A stretch of 64,000 nt of DNA, taken from positions 88,888,211 through 88,952,210 of the forward strand of contig NC_068990.1 in the NCBI RefSeq assembly GCF_001194135.2. Reading direction: 5' to 3'. A model generated the notes under the pieces. That model had not been told where the DNA came from and made no database searches. It saw only the letters and a list, made by a program, of their open reading frames with translations. Source of the stretch: Octopus bimaculoides. Lineage: Eukaryota. Of the stretch, positions 40,003 to 64,000 are shown in pieces; within the stretch, counting starts at the first letter, position 1, and the number at the start of each line of letters is the position of its first letter. Made by a program: the position numbers and the translations under genes.

Positions 40003-40232
40003 TCATACATATATAATGTCTTCTCATTAGAATTCTTTTCTTATTGACCATTTCAAACATCAAAAAAATTTACTAGTACAGCCAATGTATGGTTTTGCTC
40101 TTAGGCAAGGCACATAACTCTACATGTATCAATTTATCTGGTTAACAAAACAACAACGACGGAAAATAGATGTAAAATGGTTTAATCATTCAAAATCGAT
40201 AAAAAAAAATTAGAAACAAAGAGTGTGATGAT

Positions 40233-49437
<9,205 letters not shown>

Positions 49438-49496
49438 ATTGAATAGTGATATGGAAACATACAAAGTATACAAATATAGTGAAATATTCTTTCTGA

Positions 49497-49529
<33 letters not shown>

Positions 49530-50179
49530 ACGTATATTAATACAATCGGAAGAAGTTTGAAAAATCGCAACTGCTTTTCGTCGCGGAACACCAATGTATG
49601 AATAAGCTGTAATTGTTTTTAAAGAAATGATTATGAGAAAATAATGTATGGAAAGAGGTATAAAATTATAGAGAGTAGTAAAAAGAAGGACAGACTAACA
49701 GAACGAGAGAGCCCATCCCATTCTTAAATGAGGAAATCTATTACTTTACAAGTGGAAAACAAACACCGCCAAAAGAGCAGTTAATTCATAAAGCCATGCA
49801 AGAGATTTAGAAAACAATAAGCGAGTTAAGAGTGTTTCAGTTATCAGGAAATGGAGATTATTACAAAATGGGCTGAGAGAAGAATGATAAAAAAGCGAAT
49901 GAATTACAGCTGATAACGCTGGGGACCAATAAATAAATCTATAGATAAATGAATAAATCGATAAATAAATTTAGGTCTCAAGAATAAAATATCTGATTCT
50001 TGTAGTATTTTGAAGGAATTTCTTTTGCCCTGAATTCACACAATTTTGCATTTCTCATTCAGGTTAGATTTTTGTGTGGTAAGCAATTACCTTCTTAAAG
50101 ACCGACATAGTAATATATTTATTAAAATATAATAGAAAAGACATAACTATGATTAAAAAAGTAGTTTAGTTTAGTTTCT

Positions 50180-50960
50180 GCCGTGCGTAATATAAGGCTT
50201 GTCTTTCTTGAGAATTCTGTCAGCAAGCATACTGGGACTCTAGGTGCCTAGGTAACACTTTTCTATAGTAGGAATATTCTGATGAATACGATCAACATGT
50301 TCATCGTTTATCATCCCCAGATTTTCCGGAAAAAAGTTCTAGTGAGAGTTCAAGAATTGAATCTTTAATAATATATATCGCATCGTTAGGTAAGATTTAC
50401 GAAGATGCTCATCTACTGTTACAGGATAGTTTTCATTTTGTCATTTACCCCCAAAGTTAACATAGATGTTTTTGAAACTTGTCGTGCAGTATCCTCAACA
50501 TAATTCATGTAGCTTTCAAATCCCAAGAATCTTAATTTTCTTATATGAGGGCCAACAAAAACTCCTTTTTCATCATGGCATCACTCACCCAGGGAAACTT
50601 ATTTTGCAATTATTTGAACCTAGTTTGCGCTTTATTCATCACCTTTACAAAATTTTTCTTAAATTCAAGCTTGATATGCAACTGAATCTTCCAAAATATT
50701 CTTCTTTTTGCCTGAAACAGGTGAGATAAGTTTTGGCCAATTATTCTGAACGTAGAGTTTTTTTTTGTTTTATTTACATAAAATGAAAAACAATTGTACT
50801 TGGGGTAACCAAGATGCAACCCAAACAAAATTACAATGGACTTTAGATCTCAACAGATATTCTATTTATATTTCTGATATTGACTCTTTTCCACAAGTAG
50901 CATCATTTTGTCACGAGCTCTTTGTGAGATCTGCAGTATACGATATAGATACAGAAGAGA
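50180..50960 (-). mobile_element. Degenerate Chapaev3-like (CMC superfamily) transposase fragment
   Basis: Minus strand NIC*DLKSIVILFGLHLGYPKYNCF..QLHIKLEFKKNFVK..KFPWVSDAMMKK..FFPENLG..DEHVDRIHQNIPTIEKCY..SMLAD matches the GDLK..LHIKLGLMKNFVKA..FFPENLG..DEHGERFHQ family. Confidence 0.75.
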
Positions 50961-52745
50961 ATCTATTTTCATTATGAAGGACCTCTTTGAAACTAACTCT
51001 AAGGAATTAAAGAACAGTAACCACTTATCAACGTTATGTTAATGACCAAGAGGCCCACATCTGAATTATTAGTACACACAATATATATTCATCTTCAGAA
51101 GAGAATCATTCATTGAATTCTTCATTATGGTATCTGTAGAAAGAACAAACTTTAGTGTCGTAGTTTGACTCTTCTATTTTGAACTTAAAAGATCAGTCTA
51201 TCGTTTTAGATAAATTCAAATTAAGAACTTGGTCATTCAGATTTTCTTGTGACAGGAAATGTGGCTGATTCGAGAAACAAGTAGCCTGGGAAGCTGGATT
51301 AGAAATGTCATGTTTGTATTTGTGATTCCTCAGCAGTAAATTAATGTGATCAGAGGGATTTGGTACTAGAAGTTGAGCAGCTTGTTGAACTGGGTCTCAC
51401 TGCAGAAGGCAGATTAGAATATCTAATTAAGATCTTTGTTTTTGAAGTGATCCCATTTGTATTCAAAAGACAGAAATAACCTCTCTTAATGCATGAAATA
51501 TCAAGTGGCAGGTGACATGAATGACGTAGTCATCCCATTAGTAGACTTACATATGTCACACAGCAAATGAGGAGTTCAACTCTTCTCCTGATCAACCCTT
51601 TTATAACATGTTTTTTTGCTAATGGTATAAAATTGTTAGATTATCTTCTGTATAGCCAGAATAAAATAGATAATTCAGATAGTTACGCAACCCTACAGAG
51701 CAGTTACATGAACACAACGCTGAGGTAAAATCAAGAAGAAGCAACGGACACCATCTGACAATATCGTGGGATTTGCATGCAAACTGACTTCGAGCTGTGT
51801 CATTCATACGAATCAAGGCTCGTAGACTCAAGGCTTATATCTGAACAAATCTAAACTGTTAACTGCCTCCTGGATATAAGAACGAATAGAGCATGTATAT
51901 TAATATTAAAATCTTTAATTATACTTAAATTGACTAATATTAATATATTAGTCATTATGTTCTTATTTGAAGATTATGTTAGGTGAGAGAAAGATAAATA
52001 CAGCATTATAAGAAAAGTAAGCTTGGTAGGAGAAAATCAAATTTCATATTTAGATTTAGCATAAAAATTATATACTTAAAACATCAATAAAAACGTGTTT
52101 CTATGTATCAAATGTTCATCAGGGTCGGCTAAACATACAAAAGGCAACTTCATCTTTGTGTGTTACAACCAAAGAATAAATGATATGTTGGTAGATAGAA
52201 AGGGTGATAAATCTACTCTCGCGCATTAATCAGCATAGTGAAAGAATTGCTCTTTGACCAAAATAAAAAAAAAGCAAAAACAAAAAACGGGGTCGACACA
52301 AGGAAGAAGAAAGCTAATCGGACCCTCGTATTTATATTCTTCATAACTAAATTAAGTCAAGCCGAAAACAAAGGACTTTTCTTTTCTAGTCAGTCTTGAC
52401 CGATGTATAACTGGAAAAGGTCCAAGATGTCTGCTTAGCACAAAAAGCGGGAACAGTTGGCTGAAGACTTGTTTGAAACTGTGGATTCGATTTCGAATCC
52501 TAACTTAAAAAGTTGGAAGCTGTCGGCTACATATATTATTTCACAATATATGCATATTGTAAGTTAACATGACGCTGCTACCAAGTTGCGATAAAAGATT
52601 ACTTTATCAAGGCTGTATGTTTAAGAAGTTCACTTCATAACCAAGAGGTTTCGCTTCAGTGTCTAACTGACAGGCACCTTCTGTTGCAACACTGGGTTGT
52701 CCAAATCCTTATGAATATGATTGGAGAAAAATGGGAAGAAGCCTG

Positions 52746-52785
<40 letters not shown>

Positions 52786-53247
52786 TATATATATATATAT
52801 GTATGTATACACACACGCGCGCGGGTGCGTTTTGTTTGCAATGTCCTGTACCCAGATATGCACCTATATATACAGGTAGACGTAGGTATGCACATACCTG
52901 TACGTATATATGCATATACTCATTTATTATTTGTTATATATATATATAATATAATATAGGATAAATTCTTTATAAGAATTTATCAAGTAGTCAGCGTGAA
53001 AAAACCTCATAATGAAAAAAATAATGAAAAAAATTCATCATTTTTTTCATAAATATATATAAATCATTTATATAAAGGGCATTAACTGTGTAGTAATGCC
53101 TCACGCTTCGAGGGACTAAATAAGTCAAAAACTACCAAAAAATAAGCAAATATATATATACATAAATCGCAGTGTACAGTATTATATACTTACTCTACTG
53201 ACAGGTATACGAGTGCATTTTTATTTGACTTATATACTCTTAAACGG

Positions 53248-53312
<65 letters not shown>

Positions 53313-54309
53313 CATTCTTATAGGAGGAAGTTTGAAATTATCTTGTCACCCAAAACCGTAATTCCTTCAAACGAGCATGGATTTCGGCTCCACTTTTTCC
53401 GTTGCACTTTTGATTTTCCTTTGAAATTTTTTAAAACATTTCCTTTTTCAAAACTGAAAAGATGGGGTACTATTATTTTTATTTTAAGCCGTAACCTACG
53501 ATGCTTGAAACATTCACATCCGATGAAATTACCGTTTTTGACGTACTAGATCATTTCAGCCCCATTGCATAAGCGCGTTCGACCCATACAGGTATAGAAA
53601 AGTAGATTTTAAAACGACGACGACGACGACGTTGATAATGATGATGGTAATGCTGAGGATTCTTATTATCATCTTATTCATAGTGTGCGATTTGTATATG
53701 AAGTGTTTTACTCGAAACATGCATAAAAGTGTTCAAGACAAAGAAAATGTGTTAAATGTCCTCGATATTACATTTTTTTTCTGGAACTTCTTTATATCTA
53801 TTAGGAATTTTGGGGTATTCTGATTCGACTAAGATGTAGCTATCTCACTCTTCTGTTGGTGGGTTGCTTAGATTAATTTTGCGTACTAAATTTTGAACTA
53901 CGGAGTGTCGGCGTCCATCTAGGTGTATGTAGGTTCTACAAGGTGGAACAATCTATCCAACTGTAAGTAGGTCCTGCAAGGTGGTGCAGTCTATCGAGCT
54001 GTAAGTAGTGGTATAGAGTGTTACAGTACAGAGTGATACAAAGTGGTTCCTTCCTCGGATGTGATGTCATTGTTTAACTCAAGGTCAGCGCTTATTGAGA
54101 ATTAGTCTTTCAAGGATGTTTTTCCTGCTGCTGAAAACTTGCGTTTATTCAGAAGGAACACCAGCAGCTTTGATTTCGCCTGTCTATATCTCACAGTGGA
54201 CAAACAACAATAACAGTAGTAGCAGCAGCAAGTGTAAATAAAAGAGTGAAAGAAAGGAGCATATCTGCCATTTAAAAGTATCACGGTGCCACTCTGAGAC
54301 GACTCATGA

Positions 54310-54436
<127 letters not shown>

Positions 54437-54526
54437 CATGTACACATATATACACACCAGCTGAAAGATATCACTCATATCATCAGCAGCTACTAAAAAA
54501 TGTTTACATAATACTACTTTCCCATA

Positions 54527-54740
54527 AGCCGGCGAGCTGGCAGAAATGTTAGCATGCCGGACGAAATGCTTAGCGGTATTTCGTCTGCCATTACGTTCTG
54601 AGTTCAAATTCCACCAAGGTCGACTTTGCTTTTCATCCTTTCCAGGTCGATAAATTAAGTACCAGTTGGACACTGGAGTCGATCTAATCGATTGCCCTAC
54701 CCTCTCTCAAAATTTCAGGCCTTGTGCCTAGAGTAGAAAA
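54527..54740 (+). mobile_element. SINE family 2, full length
   Basis: gccggcgagctggcagaaatgttagcatgccggacgaaatgcttagcggtatttcg..gagttcaaattcc..ggccttgtgcctagagtagaaaag. Confidence 0.85.
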
Positions 54741-55580
54741 GAATACTAGAATAGTACTGGTGGAACATACTAACAAAAACAGTATCTTGATTTATACACA
54801 ACAGGCCGGATAAGGTTATATGGGACAGGGAGTAAAAGTCATGCATCGGTGTAGAAATTAACTGGCCAGTGGATGTGGATGTCTCTTCAAAACTTAAGAA
54901 AAGGAGAGCATAAACGGAGAACCGATGAGAAACCTTCAACTTTTATATATTCAGGTTACAGAATTTAATATGTTCCTATTATCATAGCTGCACTGGGCTA
55001 CGTAAAAACTAATTTGCACAGAAACCTATAAATGGTTTGGTTTTCAAAAAAAGAACATAGCAAACTGTTTCTCATTCTCCAGATACAGGCGATCAGATGA
55101 AAGCAAAAATTTGTAAAATATTTCATGAGTTTTTAGTTCCTGATTCATGGGTCAATATTTGCACGCAGCCACATATAGACATGCAATACATATACACGCA
55201 CTCGCATAAACAGTAATAAAACATACATACATGTATTGCATTGTGGCACGTATATCCCCGAGTGTAAGTTTATCCACATGGCCCACACATGCATTCAACA
55301 TGCATATATATATAAATGGCAACGTCAACCATTTTAGGTAATAACAGGAAAATGCTTTTTAGTTTATTGGAGTTACGCCTCTTAGTTTGGCTGCAAAAAG
55401 GGTCACGACATGACAGAATATAGGGTGGTGTTGAGCCCGAGGTGAGGACGGAGTTGGATAAAGAGCTGGAGTTGGAGAGTGGGAAGTGAGGATGATGGGG
55501 GAGTTAATTTTAAATTCATGTGTGATCACGTACATATATATGTGCGTATGCGTACATATGTATGTATGTGTATATTATAT

Positions 55581-55615
<35 letters not shown>

Positions 55616-55887
55616 TTCATACATCGACTATAATTTGTACAAATGTGTAAACTAAAAAGAATTAAACAATTAAGACAGTTGTGTAATCTTTATTCAGCCT
55701 AAATTTATATATATATATAGAGATGTACAAAAAAATTATGACCAGTTGCATATGTATAGTGGAAACACGTGTAGGTTGTTGTAACAATAAAAATATGCTG
55801 TATGACGTAAAATAAAAGGAAATAATTATAGAGATACGCTACTCTCCATATTCTCTATCGTTATAATTATTGCTTATATACATACAT

Positions 55888-55957
<70 letters not shown>

Positions 55958-55963
<6 letters not shown>

Positions 55964-56790
55964 ATTTGGAGATGGTCATATTACCAGTTTAGCCAATAAA
56001 AACACACGCGCTGTATATTTAGTGTTAATTTGCTTCAGCTTTATATTACATTACATTACATTAATCCTATTTCGGCCAGAGTTCTTTCGTCACACTTCTG
56101 TGACCTCATCAGTGGTCCTTTGCTTTCTTCTTTCTTATGTGTGTCCCTCCTTGCTAACGATCAGCCATTTTGTATTTTGTATTCCTATTGTATGTGTCTA
56201 CGCATGCGTATCCCTCTTTGTGTGTCTATGTTTTGTAAGTGCATGTGTGTGTATGAGGAGTGCCTGTATTATCTATATCCTCTGTTAATACATGTTCGTT
56301 TATTTTTGTTTTTATTTATTTGTTCATATGTTTATACCTACTTTTGTTTGTTTTTTGTTTTGTTTTTGTTTTTTTTTGTATTTAATTTAATTTAATTTTT
56401 AATTTAATTTTAATTTAATTTTTTAAATCTAATTTTAATTTAATTTAATAAACGAACATGTATTAACAGAGGATATAGATAATACAGGCACTCCCCATAC
56501 ACACACATGCACTTACAAAGCATAGACACACAAAGAGGGATACGCATGCGTAGACACATACAATAGGAATACAAAATACAAAATGGCTGATCGTTAGCAA
56601 GGAGGGACACACATAAGAAAGAAGAAAGTAAAGGACCACTGATGAGGTCACAGAAGTGTGACGAAAGAACTCTGACCGAAATAGGATGAATGTAATGTAA
56701 TATAAAGCTGAAGCAAATTAACATCAAATATACAGTGTGTGTGTGTTTTTATTGGCTAAACTGGCAATATGACCGTCCCCAAGTACAACA
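55958..56790. repeat. Large near-perfect inverted repeat (arms 55958-56304 and 56447-56790) with AT-rich spacer; Penelope-like-element-type, carrying a hammerhead-like core
   Basis: The arms are reverse complements with few mismatches. Each contains CTGATGA-G-GTCAC-AGAAGT-GTGAC-GAAA (56639-56666 on +). Confidence 0.85.
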
Positions 56791-57148
56791 ACATCTGTTT
56801 CAACACACGATTTCACATAAAAAATCTAGCAAAACAAATATATAATCGGAATATATATANNNNNNNNNNNNNNNNNNNNNNNNNNNNNNNNNNNNNNNNN
56901 NNNNNNNNNNNNNNNNNNNNNNNNNNNNNNNNNNNNNNNNNNNNNNNNNNNNNNNNNNNNNNNNNNNNNNNNNNNNNNNNNNNNNNNNNNNNNNNNNNNN
57001 NNNNNNNNNNNNNNNNNNNNNNNNNNNNNNNNNNNNNNNNNNNNNNNNNNNNNNNNNNNNNNNNNNNNNNNNNNNNNNNNNNNNNNNNNNNNNNNNNNNN
57101 NNNNNNNNNNNNNNNNNNNNNNNNNNNNNNNNATATATATATATATAT

Positions 57149-57185
<37 letters not shown>

Positions 57186-57571
57186 GATATATAGATATAG
57201 TCGTCTAATCGTTCATAAATCAGAAAGAACAGGAACTCGTACACTTATTACTAGAGTATGTATATTAACCTTTATACTACGTAGTATTATAGATCCATCT
57301 CAGCCGTTTTTAGAAATCGTTTCGCACATGAATTAGTGATAACATTGAACGGCGCTCGTCAGTGGGGCTAGTATGAAAATTATAGTGATAGCTCTCCGCT
57401 AGTGAAAAACCGAACGAAGCAATAGAAGTTCAGTATAAGGTTTCTGAAAGAGTTATATTCCTTGTACAAGATGATTAAGTGATAGGTAACTACCTAACAA
57501 AACAGCAATGATCAAAAATAGATGTAATTTGGTTTAAAAAGAAAATTCATAAAAAGTTTCAAACGATGAGT

Positions 57572-59749
<2,178 letters not shown>

Positions 59750-60704
59750 CTATATAATAAAATAACGATATAGAAGTTAGATTAAATTGGTAAAACCAGA
59801 GAACATGTTCAGTGTCTCTCTGTATAATAATAAGCATAAACAAATATTTTTATTGGTTTCCATTCAACCCCTTCGGCAGAAATAATATTTTTACTACCCT
59901 ACTAAAATTACATATAACTAACAGTGCTTGTAGCTGTTCTCGTAAATAGCTAAAAACTTTTCCCTAGCCTGAAGCATTCTTGGTTTATTAATCTTGTCGA
60001 GATGATCAATCTTCTCTCATACACTTTTATTGTAATTCACCTCATCCCGCTGTCTAAAAGTGAAAATTAACGGCTGTTTTGTCCGTTTGCGCATGCATAG
60101 ATGTAAAATGAAATAGCAAAAGGATCACGGCATGTGAAACCCTCGCCACGAAACTGGATTTGCTAAAAATAACAGCGACAACATGGATTTCTTCCATCTT
60201 CTTGCTCTGTTAAAGTATTTGAGTAAAATTATATTAATGTGTCCGACTGATTAAAATTCTATTTATTTGTGCAGCTGATGATAGCTCTGCATTTAAATTG
60301 ATGTAATGATTGCATTGTTCAATTAAATGGAGTCGCTTGAAACGGTCGTACTGCATATATATATATATATATATATATAGCGGTGCTGCAGCATGGCCAC
60401 AGTCTAATGATTGAAGCAAGTAAAAAATAAAAGATATATATACACACACTCCTACCTACCTACCTACCTACCTACCTACCTACCTACCTACCTACATACA
60501 TACATACATACATACATACATACACACAAACAAACAAAAATACCCTGTTGTTGATGTTGAAATTCTAATGAAGGAGCCTTGGATCTAGGTTAGAAACCGG
60601 CCTTCCCTCCGTTGACAAGAAATCTTGAAATAAAACTGAACAATGACATACATACGGTAGGCCATGGGTTATAGTCGAAGATACTTGTTAAAGATGCCTA
60701 TCAT

Positions 60705-60975
60705 GTGATCTCTTACTTGCTTCAGTCGTTAGACTGCAACCATGTAATTAATACAGGGGTTTTAGTTGAACGAATTGACCTCAGTACTTATTTTTTGAGC
60801 CTGGTACTTATTCTGTTGGTCTCATTTACCGAACTACTACGTTACAGGGACGTATCCAAACTAAGCAGTGTTGAAGGATAAACACAGGCACAAAAACACA
60901 CACAGATATATATACGAGAAGCTCCTTACAGTTTCCGTCTACTAAATCCACTCATGAAGCTTTGCTCGACCTGGT
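60705..60975 (-). mobile_element. SINE family 1, partial
   Basis: ttacttgcttcagtcgttagactgcaaccatg..ctcagtacttattttttgagcctggtacttattc..cagtttccgtctactaaatccactc. Confidence 0.75.
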
Positions 60976-62040
60976 ACTTACCTTAAAATCACAATCTCCT
61001 TTCTTTGATTCCTTTTCTACATATTTTTTGTAGTTCCGAGAGTTACCGATATTCCATTTTGACTATTTCCAAGTAACCATTCGACAATTTTCATCTACAA
61101 TTTTAGTCACTTACAAACCTGACCTCTGTCAGTACAATTTGTCTTTTGCACTGTATGTAATTCGTTCAACTTGTTCTGTCAATTTCTTGTGGCTAAACAA
61201 TCATGTCCTGAGCAATTGCTATAACTTTTAGTTTCAGTGTTATTAAATTCTTTTTGCTTTATCCGGAGCGGGGTCATGGAGTTTTTGTTCCAAAACGACG
61301 AATTTAAAAATCTCTACTTCTGTATACCGAAAGTGTTATAGAATGACTAGTATTAATTGTCCTCCTAAGTGAAATAGCAAAATACTCCTTTTATACAGCT
61401 TCCTCGATCATTGCAGCTAATAAAGAACAATAGTACTGGTAATCGTATTATCATTGTTATTGCGATGAGAGGTACTGCCTTTCGTCGCTTATCTGACAAT
61501 TCTGGTTACGCTACGTCACTGCTACGTTTACATCTACGAGCTGTAAGCAGATGTGGCGTTGTGTAATAGTAAGTGCTAGCCATTCACAAAACGTCAATTA
61601 TAGTGCGAAGCATTTTGTGTTAAACTAGCTATAACAAAGAACTCCTTCAATAATGAACCTGAGAAATTCCTAACCTAATGCTTTCGTAAATAGTACAACA
61701 AAACGAAAAATAACGAGCAGAGAAGGGATTTAATTCTTTACTGTAACATTATAAACAGAACAATCCCTCAACCAACAAATGTTGATTTGTAATAAACAAA
61801 AGTCGGCTTTTACAGGAGATTGTTTATACGGTAAGGTAAGCTTGAAGAATATGTTATAAAATACAACTTATATGGCTAAACTACGGTATATTTTCCAAAA
61901 CGTTGAATTGTATACCTATAAATAATATATTATAGCTACATATAGTTTAAATATGGATTCGACTTAGCTACAGTATATTATAAACAATATCGGGGGATTT
62001 GGGTGTGTATACATATTTACATACATACATACATACATAC

Positions 62041-62093
<53 letters not shown>

Positions 62094-62488
62094 NNNNNNN
62101 NNNNNNNNNNNNNNNNNNNNNNNNNNNNNNNNNNNNNNNNNNNNNNNNNNNNNNNNNNNNNNNNNNNNNNNNNNNNNNNNNNNNNNNNNNNNNNNNNNNN
62201 NNNNNNNNNNNNNNNNNNNNNNNNNNNNNNNNNNNNNNNNNNNNNNNNNNNNNNNNNNNNNNNNNNNNNNNNNNNNNNNNNNNNNNNNNNNNNNNNNNNN
62301 NNNNNNNNNNNNNNNNNNNNNNNNNNNNNNNNNNNNNNNNNNNNNNNNNNNNNNNNNNNNNNNNNNNNNNNNNNNNNNNNNNNNNNNNNNNNNNNNNNNN
62401 NNNNNNNNNNNNNNNNNNNNNNNNNNNNNNNNNNNNNNNNNNNNNNNNNNNNNNNNNNNNNNNNNNNNNNNNNNNNNNNNNNNNNNNN
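62094..62488. other. Assembly gap (others at 27283-27538, 29827-30118, 34174-34231, 39868-39877, 56860-57132, 63297-63779)
   Basis: Runs of N, mostly flanked by TA/CA microsatellites. Confidence 1.
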
Positions 62489-62509
62489 ACACACACACAC
62501 ACACACATA

Positions 62510-62835
62510 CAGGGGTTGGACAAAACAATGGAAACTCCTTAAAATTTTAAACAAATTTATTTTAATATGGGGAGGACCACCTTTGGCAGTAATTACAGCT
62601 TGAATTTTACGAGGTATGGGCTCGTACAAAGTTTGAATTGCTTCCAAAGAAATTTTTGTCCATTCTTCAGCTAAAACAGTCTTGTAGTGAGGATGATGGA
62701 AGACTTCGACTCCTTACTTGTTTTTATAAAATGCACCATAAATGTTCAATAATATTGAGATCTGGGGTCTGTGGTGGCCAGATAAGATGTTCAACTTCAC
62801 TAGAATGTTCCTCATGCCATTCAGTAACAACTTAA
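62510..62835 (-). mobile_element. Tc1-like (DD34E) transposon, TIR end and transposase C-terminus
   Basis: TA|CAGGGGTTGGACAAAA terminus. Minus strand KVVTEWHEEHSSEVEHLIWPPQTPDLNIIEHLW and LYEPIPRKIQAVITAKGGP. Confidence 0.8.
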
Positions 62836-63944
62836 CATTCTACACAATTACGGTCGATGCTTTCTATTTTCTTTACTTATAACAGAGGTAGGGAGACGAA
62901 GAAGGGAGATTGAGTTATAGAAAGAGGGAAAATATCTTATGTGTTTAGGATATCATTCTGGGAGTCTTTGAAAGATCTTGTTTTATTTTTCCTATTTATC
63001 ATTATTTTTTGCTCCAGTATTAATTCGCCTTGTTTTATAGTTCTCCACGTAGACTCGTGTCTTGATAAGTGTTTTGAAATAATATAGTCGTTTGATCTCT
63101 TTGTTTTTTGCATGCCTGTTAAAGCCACTCCTTCTAATTTTATCATAATGATAAAAAAAAAAAAGATTATAAGCCCTGAGCGGTTCTCTGTCCTTAAGAA
63201 AAAAATTTCTCTCCCTTCTATTTCTTAGCAAACTCTCTTTCTCTCCGCCTCTTACTCCGAAAAAAACAGCGAATATATATATATATATATATATATNNNN
63301 NNNNNNNNNNNNNNNNNNNNNNNNNNNNNNNNNNNNNNNNNNNNNNNNNNNNNNNNNNNNNNNNNNNNNNNNNNNNNNNNNNNNNNNNNNNNNNNNNNNN
63401 NNNNNNNNNNNNNNNNNNNNNNNNNNNNNNNNNNNNNNNNNNNNNNNNNNNNNNNNNNNNNNNNNNNNNNNNNNNNNNNNNNNNNNNNNNNNNNNNNNNN
63501 NNNNNNNNNNNNNNNNNNNNNNNNNNNNNNNNNNNNNNNNNNNNNNNNNNNNNNNNNNNNNNNNNNNNNNNNNNNNNNNNNNNNNNNNNNNNNNNNNNNN
63601 NNNNNNNNNNNNNNNNNNNNNNNNNNNNNNNNNNNNNNNNNNNNNNNNNNNNNNNNNNNNNNNNNNNNNNNNNNNNNNNNNNNNNNNNNNNNNNNNNNNN
63701 NNNNNNNNNNNNNNNNNNNNNNNNNNNNNNNNNNNNNNNNNNNNNNNNNNNNNNNNNNNNNNNNNNNNNNNNNNNNNNNGCATATGTGGGCACAGGACGT
63801 CACGAAAATATGGAATACGAAATACGAATACATGGAATATGAACTCTTTTACGAACAACGGAGGAAACAAATGGAAAACAAGACACGCAATATAAAGAAT
63901 GACCCTTTATCAGTTATCAGTTGTTTTTCTTGTCCGTATTTCGA

Positions 63945-63992
<48 letters not shown>

Positions 63993-64000
63993 TGTATGTA

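Overview
AT-rich, microsatellite-dense eukaryotic scaffold with seven N gaps. The SINE, RTE and Penelope-like repeat landscape resembles an octopus or other cephalopod genome (inference, no database search). Supported protein-coding content: (1) an intronless, full-length but strongly diverged kinesin light chain ORF at 24881-26332 (+), most likely a retrogene; (2) a complete 7-exon cathepsin L-like cysteine protease gene at 40233-49437 (-), 324 aa, hand-assembled with GT-AG junctions and an intact catalytic Cys/His/Asn; (3) the 3' part of a tandem paralog at 57572-59749 (-), whose next exon probably lies in the 62.1-62.5 kb gap. The rest is transposon-derived: tRNA-type SINEs, recent RTE LINE copies, CR1-like and RTE relics, Tc1, mariner, DD37D and Chapaev3-like fragments, a TIR element carrying a SWIM-finger fragment, a Merlin-like MITE with a 9-bp TSD, and two large inverted repeats, one containing a hammerhead-like core. 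All exon assemblies, alignments and counts were done by eye and need computational confirmation.
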